Counted from the stretch's first letter, positions 39,355-53,977 are shown. The stretch is 64,000 bases of DNA from Lama glama (GCA_028534125.1 CM052816.1:44766001-44830000), one strand, 5' to 3'. The notes: generated by a model not told the origin, from the letters alone. A program made the numbers and translations.

Positions 39355-40200
39355 TCCATTTTTTACCTTTCCCACTTGTTTGGACTAGTACTCCCAGAAT
39401 AATGTTAAATAATAGCAGTACTTTGGATAGGCATATCATTCCTGTCTTCCATAGCTATGTCTCTCATACTACTAATTAGTCATGATTCAGCTCTGGGGTG
39501 GAGATGCACATGCATTGCATGTTAAAATACTATTGATTTACTCATTTTATCAAGAATTATTTTAATCAACAAGGATACTAAATTTTCAGCATTTATGGAG
39601 AAAGATAATATGATTCTTCTTTTATATGTTAAGTTATGCTAACAGAATTTGTATGTTAAACCATCTTTGCATTCTTGCTATGGATCCCACTTGTTTGTGG
39701 TTTAGTATATGTTTAACATGTTGCTAGATTCTATCTGCTAATGCTTTAAGAATATTTTTAGTGACATTTTTTAGTTCATCATATTCTTGTTGTAGTCTTT
39801 TTGCCAATTTTATTGTCAATGTTTTGCTTGCCTTATTAAAGAATCTTGAAACCTCATTTACTTAACTCAAAGATTTTTAAATAGCAAAGGGATTGTATAA
39901 TTACTTTGAGTTTTGGTAAAATTCATCTGTAAAATATCTTGGTGTGGTATTTTAGGAAGTAGAGGCAGCCCTTTGACAGTGTTCTCTCTGTCCTTATATA
40001 ATTTGCTTCTGTGGGTTTTATGCCTGTTTTCTACAGATTTTTAAAAGTTTAATTTTTTTCATAAAATCATCCAGGTATAAAAATATATTTGTATAGAGAA
40101 GAACAAAATAGCTTCTTGTGATTCTCTTAATTTGCTTTGTCTCTCCAATTATTTTCTCATCATTATTCCTTATTTTCTTTTGTGATGATTCCTTTATCAT
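39355..40200 (-). mobile_element. Old L1M ORF2 fragment
   Basis: ccagaataatgttaaataatagcag...gttaaaccatctttgcattcttgctatggatcccacttg is antisense L1 RT region. Confidence 0.7.
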
Positions 40201-42159
40201 ATGGTGAGTTCATGTATATATTCATTTAATTAAGAAATATTTAACCTAGACTGAAACAGTAATTGTTTAAGTAGCTAGAATACAGTGACAAATAAAAGAA
40301 GGAGGAGGAGAGAAGAGAGACCATATTTTTTCTATTGGTGAGTATGTCTGTGTGTGTAACTTGAGTGGGATAAATAATTCACATGCTTATACTGTTTTAT
40401 ACATAACTTCTAAATTTTCTAAAATAAATTTAAACATCTTCAAAAGTTATACATCTTGAGAGATGTAGAAAGGAGGTGAAGTATGAAGCTAAGACAATTT
40501 CTTTGGTTAAAAAAAAAGTGTCCAGTATCAAATAGTAATTTTTTAATAAATAACTATTTTTTTCCTCAAGTACATTGCTAATCTACTTCTAGTATTTTTC
40601 CTGGAAGGTAACTTACAAATGGATCCTCCCTCATAGGAGACATAAAATTTGTCTCCTGATATGATTTCTGGTCCTTCTGTAGTTTTCTAGAGTTTTGCTG
40701 GTTAATCTAGTCCCTGAGTACAGATGCTGGGACCTACAACAATACTGCTGGTCCCGCTTATTGCTGAGGATTCATGCCGTCACCCTCTTTAAGCTGCAGA
40801 GGAAACTTAAAGAATTCTGCCTTCCCCACTTAATAAAAGTGTATACTGTGGAGGAAAAGCTGGACTGTAATCTCAATGATCCTCCTTCTTGCTAACTTGA
40901 CTCTACTCCATTTATCTCTGGTGCTCTTGGGCCCTCCAAGTCTTGTCCATGCCACCCATTAGATCCTTAGCCTATATATTCTATGCATAGCATCTGCAAC
41001 AGAGTTCACTTTTACCTTTCAAAAACTCACAGACCCTTTGAAGCATCTGCAATAAGCCTGTATCACTCAAAATCTCATTGCACCCAAGTCCCTCAATGCA
41101 TTGAAGACTTCAGTACCTGGTAAATTACCTACCTTTAGTTCCATCATACGTCATGGCAAATTCAACAACCACAGAGGCAATCCATCCATTATTTTAAGTC
41201 TACCATGTAAGCAACCCTGATCTGTGAAATGTCACTTTCCCTACTGTGATAAATATTTATACCATCGAAAGCTCAAATTAATTGATCTTACGAAGTTTTT
41301 TTTTTCCCTTCTGAGAGGCAGCACCCCTTATTCTTTTTTCCCTCTCACTATCTGTCCTTCTCACCTAGCAGAATCTTGTGGTTAAACCCAGTGTTAGTTA
41401 CTCTGTGGACAGGTGAATACAGATAGAGAAAACCATACCAGTATGCCATTCATTCACTGCCACCTGGAAATGCTCCAATTCCATAGAAAATGTACTTTTC
41501 CACTGCCCAAGACAGGCTTTTACAACTTCTCTGTTTTCATACTTCCAATATCCTTGTAAATCATTTTATTTGATAAACTTGTCTTTTTTTATTCTTGAGG
41601 AAATAAAACCACCAGATAAGAATAACTTAGACCACCACTAAGTCTACAACTTATCTGCTACACTGTGCACTGTTTCTAAGTTTTCCTGATTTTGCCTCTA
41701 TTATATTTTCCTGCACAAAGACTTGTTTCTGAAAGTATTATTATCACCCATATATATACTTCATTCATTTTTACCATTTTACAGAATTCCATTGTACAAA
41801 TATACAGTATTGTATTTGGTCCTTTCTCTGATAACGTACAGAGGATTGAAAATAAGTCAATTTCAAACTTTTCAGCTCTCGATATTAATCAGATGTTTTC
41901 CCTGATTATATATACAAGTTAAGCATCATATGTTTTTCTCCTTTGTTTTCTATTTCCTTTTCTTTGAGTAGTATGTTTATATTTCTTTGTCTCTATGCAT
42001 TTAAAATGTGTAAGAATTTTCCCTTTATATACATTCATGTTCATCAAACAGCAATATAATTTTGCTTCAAGTGCATCTGCCTTTAAGAATAGAATTCACT
42101 GTAGGGCTCATGAGATTGTCCAAAACATTTTCACACCAGGAATTAAGAGGCATTCTGGA

Positions 42160-43520
42160 GACCTCTGTTTCTGGTAAAGATGGCGTAACAGGGACTGGAC
42201 TTACTCTCTTGTATGAAACAACTAAAACAGACAAAGTACGTCAAGCAATGGTACTTAAGACACTGGAATTCAGGTCAAAAAGGACAACAAATACTAAAAG
42301 ATGGGAGAAAAGGGAGATGAGCCCTGCTATTGCACTAACTCACTGCCTGGAGAAAGTTTCTAGGTTGAAACTTCAAGATGATAAATAACATGCAGTTGGG
42401 ATCCCTAAAAAGTTACATGGAAGTATGGGTGGTAAAAAGGTATATGAAGTGATATTGGCTAAAATTTTTCCAAATATGATGAAAATTATAAATCACTAGG
42501 CTAAGCTGTTTAGCTAATCCCAAACACATTAAAGATTTAAAAAACTACACAAGACCCTCATAATCAAACTGCTTAAAATCAGTGATAAAGAGAAAATTTT
42601 ATAAGTAGCCAGAGCAAAAGATACATAACATACAGAGAAACAAAGATAAGGGTATTATATTTATTGTCAGAAACAATGCAAGAAAAAAGACAATGGAGCC
42701 ACATCCTTAAGCACTAGGGGGATTTGGCCTGTAAGTTTTTACCCAGTCAAGATATCTTCCAAAAATGAAGGTAAAATAATGATTTTTTGAGATGTATAAC
42801 ATGGGAAAGAGTTCTTCATCCCCAGATCTTCACTGTAAGAAACATTAAGGGAGGTCCTCCAAGCAGAAGGAAAATATTACCAGATTGAAACTTAGATCAA
42901 CACAAGAAAATTAAGGCCACGAGAAACTGTAACTATGTGGATAAATGTAAAGACTTATTATTTAAATCTCTTTCAAAGATAATTGGTTGTTTAAATAAAA
43001 GATTAAGAATAATGTATGTCAGAGAATAATAACACGTAGACATAAAATGTATGACAATAGCACAAAGGTCAGGAGAAGGAAAATGAATGCATAATGTTTA
43101 AAGGTTACTTTACAACACACAAAATAGTATAATGTTACATGAACACAGAATGTTGTAAGTTAAAGATACATACTATTAATACTAAAGCAATCACTCAAAT
43201 AACACAACTAGCTATAACTTCTGTTATCTGAGTCATTATTTTAGAATATACAAATGGTAAATATTGGCTAAAATGAGCAAAAAGGAGATAAAATAAATCA
43301 AAAAAGATAATTAATGCAAAAGAAGTCAGAAAACATAGAAAGAAAAAAACAAAGAACAGATGGGACAAATAGAAAAGAAATAAGACAGTAGATTAAAATC
43401 TAACTATATCACTAATCACATTAACTACAAATAACATTAAAGGTCCACTTAAAAGGCAAACATTGTCAGATTGGTTAAAAGACAAGACCCATCTATATGA
43501 CACCTAAGAGAAACTCACAG
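42160..43520 (+). mobile_element. L1M 5' portion (5'UTR piece, ORF1 remnant, start of ORF2)
   Basis: ttctggtaaagatggcg L1 5' motif; cataatcaaactgcttaaaatcagtgataaagagaaaat (ORF1); aaaaggcaaacattgtcagattggttaaaagacaagacccatctatatg (endonuclease start). Confidence 0.8.
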
Positions 43521-44229
43521 CAATATTTTCTTTCTCTCTGCTAATAATATTTCTTTCTCATATTTTCCTTCAAGTGTGTGTTAGTATGATGTGCTAAGAA
43601 CCTGATTTTTTGTGTATTAATCTCGCTTAGTGTTTACAGAATTTCCTGTATTCTTGGCTTGATAGTTTCAGTCAGTATAGTTAGTTTATAAACTATATAT
43701 ATGTAAAACTACATATATCTAAATTTGTGAAGAAGAAAGATTAATTTTAAGAAAAGCTAAGCTTGACTATCTTATTTTTTAAAGAAATTTGAGTCAAAAA
43801 TTATTTTTATTTTTAAATAGGAGGAAAAACCATTCTTGTGCATGTCACATACTATGCACCATAACATATTAGGTGTGGTACGCTTTGTACAGATACCCTT
43901 GAATAAGATAAAAATGAATTATATTTTTTAAAGGGAAAATTAAATTTCTTTCTACCTACACTACTGAATTGCATTAGATTGATATCTTTGGTGGGAAAGA
44001 GAAATAACACAAAAAGAGAAGGCTAATATAATAGCAAAAAAAAAGAGAAAAATATCATAAATAAAAAGAGCATCAAAAATTAATAGTACATCATTATATC
44101 TACAATTAGCTGATATACTAATGTACCATGAACTACAGATCTAATAATTATTATGCAGCACTTCCCTGAGACCTGAAAATTATTTCAAGGGTTCTTCTAG
44201 GAAAATAAAATAGGGAGAAAGTATGTCCT

Positions 44230-45330
44230 AGAGATTACAATATTCATCTTTAATTTATTATCTGCTAATGTAAGTTATGCTTTTTACCATATCCCAGAAA
44301 ATTTTATGACTCTAGAATACTTTTACTCTATGTACCTACCTATCCCATCTTTTGTGTTAGTGTATTAATGCACTTTATTTTAACATATGATTTAGACTTC
44401 GTAAGGCATTTTGCTATTTTTTTGTACAGTGAATGTTTATTCATATTGATTCACATGGTTGTCCTTTCAGGGCTCTACCTTTCTTCACGCATATCTGTAT
44501 TTCCACCTCCCAGCATTTTCCTTAACCTAAAGAATGCCCCTTAGTATTTTCGAATGTGTAAAACTTAATTTGTATTGAAAAAAATTTCTCCCTTTTTTTC
44601 CTCAGGAAATACTTAATTTTACCTTGGAAGGATAGTTTGACTACTTTATAAAATTCCAAGCAGACAGTGGTGGTCTTTCAATACTTTAAAGATGACATTC
44701 CATTGTTTTTTGATCTTTTTCATTTCTGCTGAAAATGTAGCCTGTGAAATTTCTGTCCTTTTTTCTCTCTGCTAACAGTATTTTTTTCCTTGTCTTTGTA
44801 TGACTCAAGGTTAAGCCGCAGGTTTTGTAAGGTTGATTCTCTACCTCTGATTCATGATCATGACTAGGACCTAGCCCTGCAGATATGAAAGCCTGGGTCA
44901 TTTAGTAGGGCTCTTCTTCCTTGGCATTTCCTGGTCCACACATTTGTCTCCTTGGAATTTTTGAACTTGCCTCTCTGCTTTTTAGAGGCTTCCTGCTTAC
45001 TTCGTATTTTGTTGAACCTAAGAATGCTACAAATTCCTCAAAGAGAAAGCTGGTGAACATTGGACACTTGGCTATATCTGCCGTTTTCCAGGACTTTGCT
45101 CCCTCAAGTCCTGATTGCTTCAGCAGCCCTGAACTCCATTGATCTATCTTTCTCACTTATAAGATTGTCCAAAACTTTTGGATTCTTTTCTTCTGATACT
45201 GGTACTCTCAGTCTTTTGCCTGACTCTTAACCTCTAATCCTTCTTCCAAAAGCTTCTTCAAAAGAAAAATAGTAGAACAGTATCAATAACCAGTTCTCTC
45301 AGTCTTTCTTCTCCTTTGGTTTAACTGAAC
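44230..45330 (-). mobile_element. Old L1M ORF1 / 5' region remnant
   Basis: cctaaagaatgccccttagtattt...tactttaaagatgacattccattg...tttctgctgaaaa. Boundaries approximate. Confidence 0.55.
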
Positions 45331-46389
45331 CATGAAGCAATGTATTTTTCAGTGCCCAGAGTCTAATCACATGCAGTCAATTTTTGTTTTATTACTTACA
45401 CATATGTCTGAATACTTTATTAAATTGATAGCCCTTGTCACAACATTCTCTCTAGAGACCCCAAATGTTTCAATTCTACATAAGCTTTACAAAGATGTGT
45501 ACACTCATACATATATACACAGACAGACAGACAGACAGACACACATATCTGAATCACACTTTGAGTTTCAGCTTTTATCCATCAACTTCATCTATTTCTA
45601 TAAAACCCAATTGAACGTAGCCTGCGGTTGCTCTCTTCATTTCTCTCTATGATACTCTCGCGATTGACTTAAGGACCCACTGATCTCCCGAAATTGCCCT
45701 CACAAAAGTAATGAATGACCTTTTTCATCACTAGATAAATGAGAATCTATTTTTTCAGATTTTAGTATCTTTTCAATACCCACATGGTTAATCTTTATTC
45801 CCTTATGAATTCCCTAACATTTCTGGGTTTCTGAGGCTCTATTGAATCATGGTTTTCAAAGCAGTCAAAACCTGATGCAGTCTTTCTTTTGACTATTCCT
45901 GCTTCACTCTTGTGATATACAGTTATATAAACTTAAATTGAATGTTATATAAATTTAAGCTGTATTGAAGATCATTCCGTCGTCCTATTTACTTGTGTAT
46001 CTCAGCAATATGTTACACATTGCAGATATTTAATGGTAAATTTGAATAAATGAAAACTATGAATCATTAAAAATTTGATCTTCTATGAACAAAATAGTAG
46101 CAGAATAAGTAACTTCCATTTAGCAACAATCTTTTTTAAACATTAAAGATCCTGAACTAGTAACTAATATAATCAGGAATGGGTTTTAGAAAAATCAGTG
46201 AAGGGTTGGTGTGTGATTAGATTAAACTTAGAAAGAAAAAAGTTTTTAATGTATTTTTATCAAGAATAAATTGTTTCTTAATATAAGAAACTGCTACTAA
46301 ATATTAGTAACAGTGGCTTGCCAGGAACTAAGGGGACACCTACATGGAAGTCTTTCTCGAAACTTTACCTCTTCAATACCAACATTATT

Positions 46390-47240
46390 GTTTTCCTCTT
46401 CCAACAAGACTTGCTTTTCACTTCAGTGTCTCTATATTCGTGAATGATACTACAGTTCAGACAGTAACCACAAGTATAAACCTGAGAGTCATAAGGAACC
46501 ATTTTATCTTCATTACTCCCTACAACCAGCAAATTCTATAGATTTTCTTTCCAAAATACTTCTTGACTCCATCTACCTCTCTCCAGTTCTACTGCCAACT
46601 TCTTTTATCAACTCCAATCGCACTGCACCAGAATTATTGCAACATTCAAAATTCATTTTGCTTCCTTCCAGTTTTTGCCACACTCAAGTGTTCTTTCTTT
46701 ACAAACAGCAACTCTGATTATGTTCTGCCCCTGACTGAAATTCTGTAAGGGCTCCACATTGCTAATGTAAACTCTAGCACATTTTACCAGGTGCTTTCTG
46801 ATCTGTGCATCCTTCTCTCCCCATTCATATCCCTTGCTACTTCTTCAGATGCAACATTTCAGGCTTCATCAACTTCTTTAAATTTCCTAAATAAGGCATG
46901 ATCTCTCTAGTCTCAGGGAATCTACACATGTAGTTCCTCTGCCTGCAATTCTTTTCCCTACCTCGTTCTTTGATTAATTCCTACTCATTTTTGGGGTCTC
47001 ATCTTATACATAATATCCTTTAGAAAGCTTTCCTAGACTCCCAAGATAGAGATAGTTGCTTCTCATGCTCTCCCATAATCAACCTGCCCTTTAACATAAC
47101 TTATAATGAATTGTAATTTTCCATTCATGTATCTGTTTCCCCCAATGATAGTATTACTTGAAGAAATGCCTATTGTAATACTTTTCTCTACCATATCCTT
47201 CAAATCAAACATAGGAAAGAGCATGTAGTAACCAATATAC
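46390..47240 (+). mobile_element. L2 3' region
   Basis: aaacctgagagtcat...ctctgattatgttctgcccctg...gttcctctgcctgcaatt...aattcctactcattt...agaaagctttcctagactccca. Confidence 0.75.
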
Positions 47241-47589
47241 ATACATATGATATATATTTTATTATATAATTTAATAAATTATCTTGAGACTTTCCAATCC
47301 ATATTATTTTTAAAATAAAGCAATTTAAAAGAAATATATTTTATTTTTGTTCTCCTCAAATTAAATATTTTTGTTTAATATGTCAAGAATAGTTTAAATT
47401 TATTGACGCATTTATGAAGTTTTATGCTTAATGTATGTTTTTGAATCTCATTCCTTTATTCTAGCTCAAGTTTCATCTCCCCAAATGTCACCCTCTGGTA
47501 TTCATAATGCCTACCAAAGTGCCTGATACATAACAAATACAGCTGACAAGTTTAGGATGCTCTCTGATCTAATGAACTGTCCCCATACT

Positions 47590-48060
47590 GCAGTGATTCT
47601 AGCCAGAAGGGAGAGCGTCATTTGCCAATTTTGTCCAGTCATGATCCCTCCACCTCCTTTGTGTGGACCCAGAGTGGAGATCTCACCCATGAGCTGAGCA
47701 GATTAGAGTCCCTCTCTCCAGAATTTGAACTCAGAAATACAAAGCCTAGGAGTAAGTTGACAGTGGTCCTGAACCTGGAAGTTCATGCTTCTCAGAGAAT
47801 GGTGTGCTGTCATTTTTGTGTCATGTGTGAAAAAAAGCTAGTTGAGACAGATTTTCAAAGAAAATGAAGAAAATCAGGCAGACACAAAGTAAAAACCAGA
47901 GATAAGAGACTATGTTTCGTTCATAAAAAGAGAGAGATCAAGTAGCTATTTTTAGTAAGTAAACATTTTCCAGTTCCTAATTCCAGCATCTCTTGAAATC
48001 TAACTGTATTACCTCCACATGGATTCCAAGATGTACCCTGGTGGTTCTTTTCTTGGACTC
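47590..48060 (+). mobile_element. Old ERVL/MaLR-class LTR remnant
   Basis: gagctgagcagattagagtccctctctccagaatttgaact...ttccagttcctaattccagc. Subfamily not resolved. Confidence 0.45.
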
Positions 48061-49260
48061 CTTAATGCAAGCCAGCCCCTTTCAGGCATCCAAATTCTCC
48101 CCAAGTGTGTACTTTAAACATATCTACTAAATAGACATGGCAGGACGGAGGGAAAGAAAAAAGGAGACAGGGAGGGCAAGAGAAAGACAAGGCAAGGAAA
48201 GAGAGAAGGAATAAGGGAGAGAAGGGACAAACATTCTTATCTCACAGGGCTTGTTAAAATCTAGTTGGAGAACCAAAAATAAACACACAGAAAAGTATAT
48301 CTTAGGCATAATTTTATAGTTTTGAGTCAGAACTGTTGGGGAAAAAAAAAACCTCTCACGCTATAAAATAGACATGCTATATTCTTCAGAATGGGTTAGT
48401 CAATGTTTTAGGCAGAACAGAGTTAAAGGATATGTTTAAACTTGGTAGCATTAAGACTCATGAGCTCAAAATTTAAGTACAGTGTATAAATAACTTTCTC
48501 ATTTATTTTTTGAAGCATCATGCTTTCTTTTCAGATTAAACAATTCTATAATTTGAGTATTTTCTGTGAGTGAAATCTCAGCAAAGGTAATATGGGGTAA
48601 GTAACAAATTAACACTGTAGATAGTAAATCTTTTTTTTCTAGAAAGAAAATCTTCTTCCAAGGAGTGGAATCAGAAAATTTATGAAGAAGATAGGATTTT
48701 GGTTGTGTCCTAAATTATTTGTACAGGCAAGGATATATGAAGACCAAAATTCAAATACTGACATGTCTAGAGGGAGCTTCCTTCTTATTGAATTTTAAGA
48801 TTTATGAGGTAGTGTCAGGTCTGGGGAGAACCTCAGAAGCTCAATTCTGGAGTTTATTATTCAATAAGGAAACTTTAAAACCTGGAAGGTAGGAAAGGGT
48901 GACACATGATAAAATACAGACTGAAGACACAACAGAGTCAACAAATGATATAAAGAGAATACATAAAAATTCTAAAATGATCCTATTTGGAATTTTCTTA
49001 GTATATAACATTACCTCCTTGGGGGCTCCTTGGGGACTATGTCCCTTTCCTAGCACAAACTTCTACCCAGTAGCAGAGAGCTAGGTACAGGACACTTCCC
49101 TAGAAAGCTTTCCCTAACAAACTCAACCTCCAAGTTGAAAGAGCTTCTGTGCTCCTACTGCGTGCTCTGATCAGTTTATACTCCCCCTGCCACATGTGAA
49201 TTCATTGCAAGATATTATTAAGTTTTATTTAATCATCTGCCTTCCCTGCTAAACCAAGAA

Positions 49261-49538
49261 TCAGATTTGCAGACATAGTAAACAATCTTATAGTTACCGG
49301 AGGAAAGGGATAAATTTGGAAGTTTGAGATTTGCAAATGTTAGCCACTATATATAAAAATAGATTTTAAAAACTTTCTTCTGTATAGCACAAGGAACTAT
49401 ATTCAAAATCTTGTAATAAACGTTAATGCAAAAGAATATGAAAATGAATATATGTATGTATATGCATGACTGGGACACTTTGCTTTACACCAGAAATTGA
49501 CACATTGTAATTGACTATAATTCAATTAAAAAAAGAAA
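49261..49538 (+). mobile_element. Young L1 3'UTR fragment inserted in an L2 tail
   Basis: Ends acaccagaaattgacacattgtaattgactataattcaattaaaaaaagaaaaa; AAGAA on both sides (49256-49260, 49539-49543); L2-like ctaaacc|gctccatgg is split by it. Confidence 0.85.
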
Positions 49539-51176
49539 AAGAAGCTCCATGGAAAAGTTCCTGTGCTTTATTCCCAGCACGACTCACACTGAGTAGGTGC
49601 ATATTACTTCTTTTAAGTCAGAGATCCTGTCCTTGAGCAAGCTCAAAGAGCTCTGAAGGTTTATGCCTCATGGAGGAGTCAATAAAGAAAGCTACCATAC
49701 CTCACCACAGCTAGAAAATCTGGCTAGAGCACTAACACAGTGGCAGTCTGCCTGGTTTCTTTCCTGGAATTCTTCTCCTCTAACACACTTGATTTATATT
49801 TTAAATGAGCTGTTCTCTTAATTATTGAGCATTTGCAGAACATTATGCACTACAAAGTACTCTTAAATATCCTGTAAATTATTCCCATCCCCACAAAGAT
49901 ATATGGTATTCATGATACAGCCATTTTTTTCAGATTGACAAACCAAGTAAAAGACTGCCATCCTATCACACAACCAGACAGAAAACGAGTCACTTATTTG
50001 TATTGTCCCCCGAGGCACAATATTACCTTGAAAATCATAGTTGTGAATTCTGTTGTGTTGCTTCTGTACAGCTTCAGAAGGCCTTTCTTAGTCTATGAAA
50101 GTAGGGAAGAAATAAAGGTGTGCCTTTCCTGAAATATGTGCTCAACAGAAAGATCAAAATTTCCCCTTTCACATAGGCAAACTGAGTCTTCATTTAATCA
50201 TAAATATTGAAGCAATGATTAGGCAATACATTGATTTCAGCAAGTATTAGTGAGAAGAATATGCTATCATACTATAAACTTTCACTTTAGTTTTTTCAAG
50301 AGTCTTGTTCACATTTTATATTTACCATGACACTTTTTAGTAGAATTACATTTGTGAAATACACCCATCACAAACCTTCAAGCTGTCCTGAGCCTTGAAT
50401 TCATATCTACTTGATCAAAAAAGTTATTTCTAAGTTACTATATAATATATTGTAAGAAAATAGGCCTATAACCTTTCTATGCCTTTCTAGACAGATGGAT
50501 AGGTAGATATCTTATAATCATATATATATATAAATCATCTACTCTGATATATAATATTGGAACTTCTAAAATAAAAATGTTTATTGCTCCATAAAATCAG
50601 ATCTGCAGGCCTGTTTTTATGCATAAATTGCTGTTTTTTTATCTGTAGATTTTTAAATGTGTTTAAAAATTTGATATATCTGACAGTGTAAGCATCATTT
50701 GTCTTAAATTTCAAGTTACATTTCAACTTGCATTGTACAGGTTTGCTCTTAATAAATGAATAATGAGATTAATTCTCAACAAAGTCAATTTCGTTTGGTA
50801 TATATTTAAGAAATAAACCAATCACTAAGAAAATATAAATAGGTCAATTATTTTAAAACAAACAAAACAAAAATATGCTCCTTGGTGACTATCAAGATCT
50901 ATTATAGGCATAAAACATATTGTGCTTTTCTGAATTAAGTTCTCAAAGATGAAGTTCCATTAACAATATCCCATATATAAATTCCTGATATAATCAAGGA
51001 AACTGTAAAAATGAAGTTTAGCAACTACTGAGACAACATCAAAATTGTTTTCTCCCAATAAACCAAGCCTACTATGCATGTTATCAATAATCACTCTCCA
51101 ACTCAAATGTGAAGTTCTCCTACAGTTATGGTCCTTTTTCCTTTTGGCCACTTCACATTAAAAATTAGAAAGACTA

Positions 51177-51246
51177 CACCAGAAATTGACATATTGTAAA
51201 TGAGTATATGTCAATTTAATTAATTAGTTAAACCAAATCATGTTTA
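51177..51246 (+). mobile_element. Ultra-short (70 bp) L1 3'-terminal insertion with 17-bp TSD
   Basis: caccagaaattgacatattgtaaatgagtatatgtcaattt matches the other young L1 ends; flanks AAAAATTAGAAAGACTA (51160-51176) and AAAAATTATAAAGACTA (51247-51263). Confidence 0.85.
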
Positions 51247-53845
51247 AAAAATTATAAAGACTAACAGACCTCACCTACCTAACTGAGAGGTGGAATTTTT
51301 TTGAGATTTTTGAGTATTACCTATGTTCAGAAACTTCCAATCTTAGTCTACTCTTGCCTATCCCTAACATGGCATATTCCAATACAAAAGTAGAAAGTAT
51401 TATTTAGTCTTTCACTTGAGGTCATGGAAATTGTTTTAAGAGTTTTGATAATGATCCAAGTTTCAACAGGAAAATATCTGATGTATATGGCATATTCTTT
51501 ACCTGCAGAATATTCTACCATTAGCAAAATCGCTTTTGGTACTTAAATTCAAATGCAAACACTTAAACCTAAGAGACTCCTGCAGTGGAGTAAACCCAAA
51601 TACATTAAAAAGCCTCAAAAAAGCACTTATCATGAGAAATTTCTTTGTATATAAATATAGCTGAAATTTGTCTCAATATAACTTTAATTTCTTATTTATA
51701 TGCCTATTCTCTGAAAAAACTCAAACATCTACCCTCCAAATAATGACAAAAATTATGTCATGGAACAAGTAATTATTCTGTGCCTACAGTATACCTGAAT
51801 GAAACAGAAATGGTCCCTACTCCTTTGGAGCTTGCTCTTTAATAAAACATTTATCAATTATTTCAAGTTAATTTTTTTCACCATGGTCTTCGCATGCTAG
51901 CACACTTTCCATGTTTATCTTTGAGGAATTTTATTTTTTAATATCCCTACTAGAACATGAAATGAAATGAATATATGATTAAATCTCTAACTTTATTACA
52001 CTATGGTACATTATTTTCTATTATAATATTTATATAGATATGATATAGTCTAAGATATTATTTTACACTGTATATTATAATCTTCCACTCAGATCTGCAT
52101 ACATTCAATACAGAATACCAAGTCAGGTCTTTCTTCCTCTGGATGTTACTCTGATTCATTCAGAACAATGCTCTGGAAAGACATACTGTGTTCTTGTTAT
52201 GACCACTGTAACTAAGATCAAAATAAATCACTTTGCCTCCATGAGTTCACATTAATACCTAAAAGTAAAAGAAGCCCTATCTTATCTGTCTTACAAAGTT
52301 GTAAGGGGCCAATTAAAGTTAAAGAATAATTTTAATCAATAGTAAACTATAGCTCATCACATAACATAAACTGTAGTTTGCTGTAGAGGTATAACAGGAA
52401 TGTAGTCATTGTTGCTATTATTAGTCTTACTTCTTTAGGAGTTCTATGTACCCTTGACATTATTTTATTTTATATATTGTAACTGTAATTTCAAATTTAA
52501 AAAAAAAACCGGATTAAAAAATTTAAGTCCCCTAAGCTAATCGATGTAATTGTTATCTATGTGGCCCCCGATGCCTCACTTTATAATTCCTATCAACACA
52601 TATGAATCATAAATATATTTACATAAATTTATATATTACATAGAATATTTTATTCTTTTTAATAAGATTATGGAGGGTAAGACTACATAAGCTATTTTAG
52701 AGAACACATCATATTATTGGCTTAAATGAAAGCTTCATAGCTTAGTCTGTTTCTTGCTTTGCTTTGTTATTAATTAGTATTTATGAGCACCTGCTCTCAA
52801 GCCAGGACTTGCCCTAACCTGTATTTGTGCAGTTGACTTTTTGAGCTCAAGTTCAGTATTTACATATATCCTTATTATATTTCCATTTGATTATTTTAGC
52901 CGTCATTCATCTTCTTGAAATCATAATTCTGTCCTCAAATATTTTCATTCCCTCTTCAAGCTTTGATCATACATATTTTTAATGATCCTGCATTCCCCAT
53001 TTTCAACCAAGTCACTGACTGAACTATAAAAACGGCCATCAGCTTTGAGAGCCTTTCACACAGTTCAAAAATCTCTTTATCCAGATTAAAGTGCCCTACT
53101 AATTGTGTAGTAAGCCCCTTTTCCCTCTTCAAAAGTATAGTATTTTTAAAAACAAGACCACAAGGCTGAGGGAAGTCTGAATCACCACACAAAACCACAC
53201 AATAATAGTAACAGGTACGTCCACATCCTATCCTGGTGTTCCTTTTTAAAGAAGAAATGTCAATAAAAATTTGTCTTAAGTGGTTTCCTGATGGGTTGTG
53301 GTGAGAGCATCATGATTTTTAATGGCGAAGCTACTGGGTGCTGGCAGAGAACAGAGGGAGACAGAGCGTAGGGAATCAACTTTCTTGAGAGGAAGCTACA
53401 CGTTAAGATTCTAGAGGAAGAGCTGATGATTAGTACAAGTCACGGCCCTGCAGAGGAGAACAGTGTAGACAAGGGACAGAGATATTTGTGAAAGTACAGG
53501 TGAATATAGAAGTTATGATAAACTTTCTGTGGTAAGAGGCCTGGGATAGACTGCTGCCTTCAAGCTCAGTGAACCACCTCGTCCTCAGTTTCCTGCGTAA
53601 CTCAGTGCCCTCATTACCACTGATCTTGCTCTACTAGAATCATTTGTATCCACATCTCTTTGCAGAATATATAAAGGACTTAGCATGCAGGCAATTAAGT
53701 GATAATATTTTTGGCATAAAAGCTATAGAGATCAAAGAGAAAGTAGTCTCAATTTTCAGGACAAAATTATGTGGCAGAAATACTTTTCAACTTCTGCTTA
53801 GGTAAAATGGGAAGTATAGGTGTACCATCTAGAAAAGTTGGAATG

Positions 53846-53977
53846 GAGAGGGATGTGGCTCATTGGTACAGCTCATGCTTAGCATTCATGAGGTCCTGGG
53901 TTCAATCCCCAGTACCTCCATTTAAAAAAATTAAAAATTAAAAAAAAACATGAAATGGAAAAAGAAATTAAAAGATA
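53846..53977 (+). mobile_element. tRNA-Ala(AGC)-derived SINE (camelid vic-1-like) with A-rich tail and TSD
   Basis: gggatgtggctcattggtacagctcatgcttagcattcatgaggtcctgggttcaatccccagtacctcca is colinear with tRNA-Ala (A box, B box GGTTCAATCC). A-rich tail; flanks AGAAAAGTTGGAATG (53831-53845) and AGAAAACTTAGAATG (53978-53992). Confidence 0.9.

Noticed and set aside
51495..51580. Possible 66-nt minus-strand exon (FKCLHLNLSTKSDFANGRIFC)
   Set aside because: Weak polypyrimidine tract and donor; the peptide is unrecognised and expected by chance.
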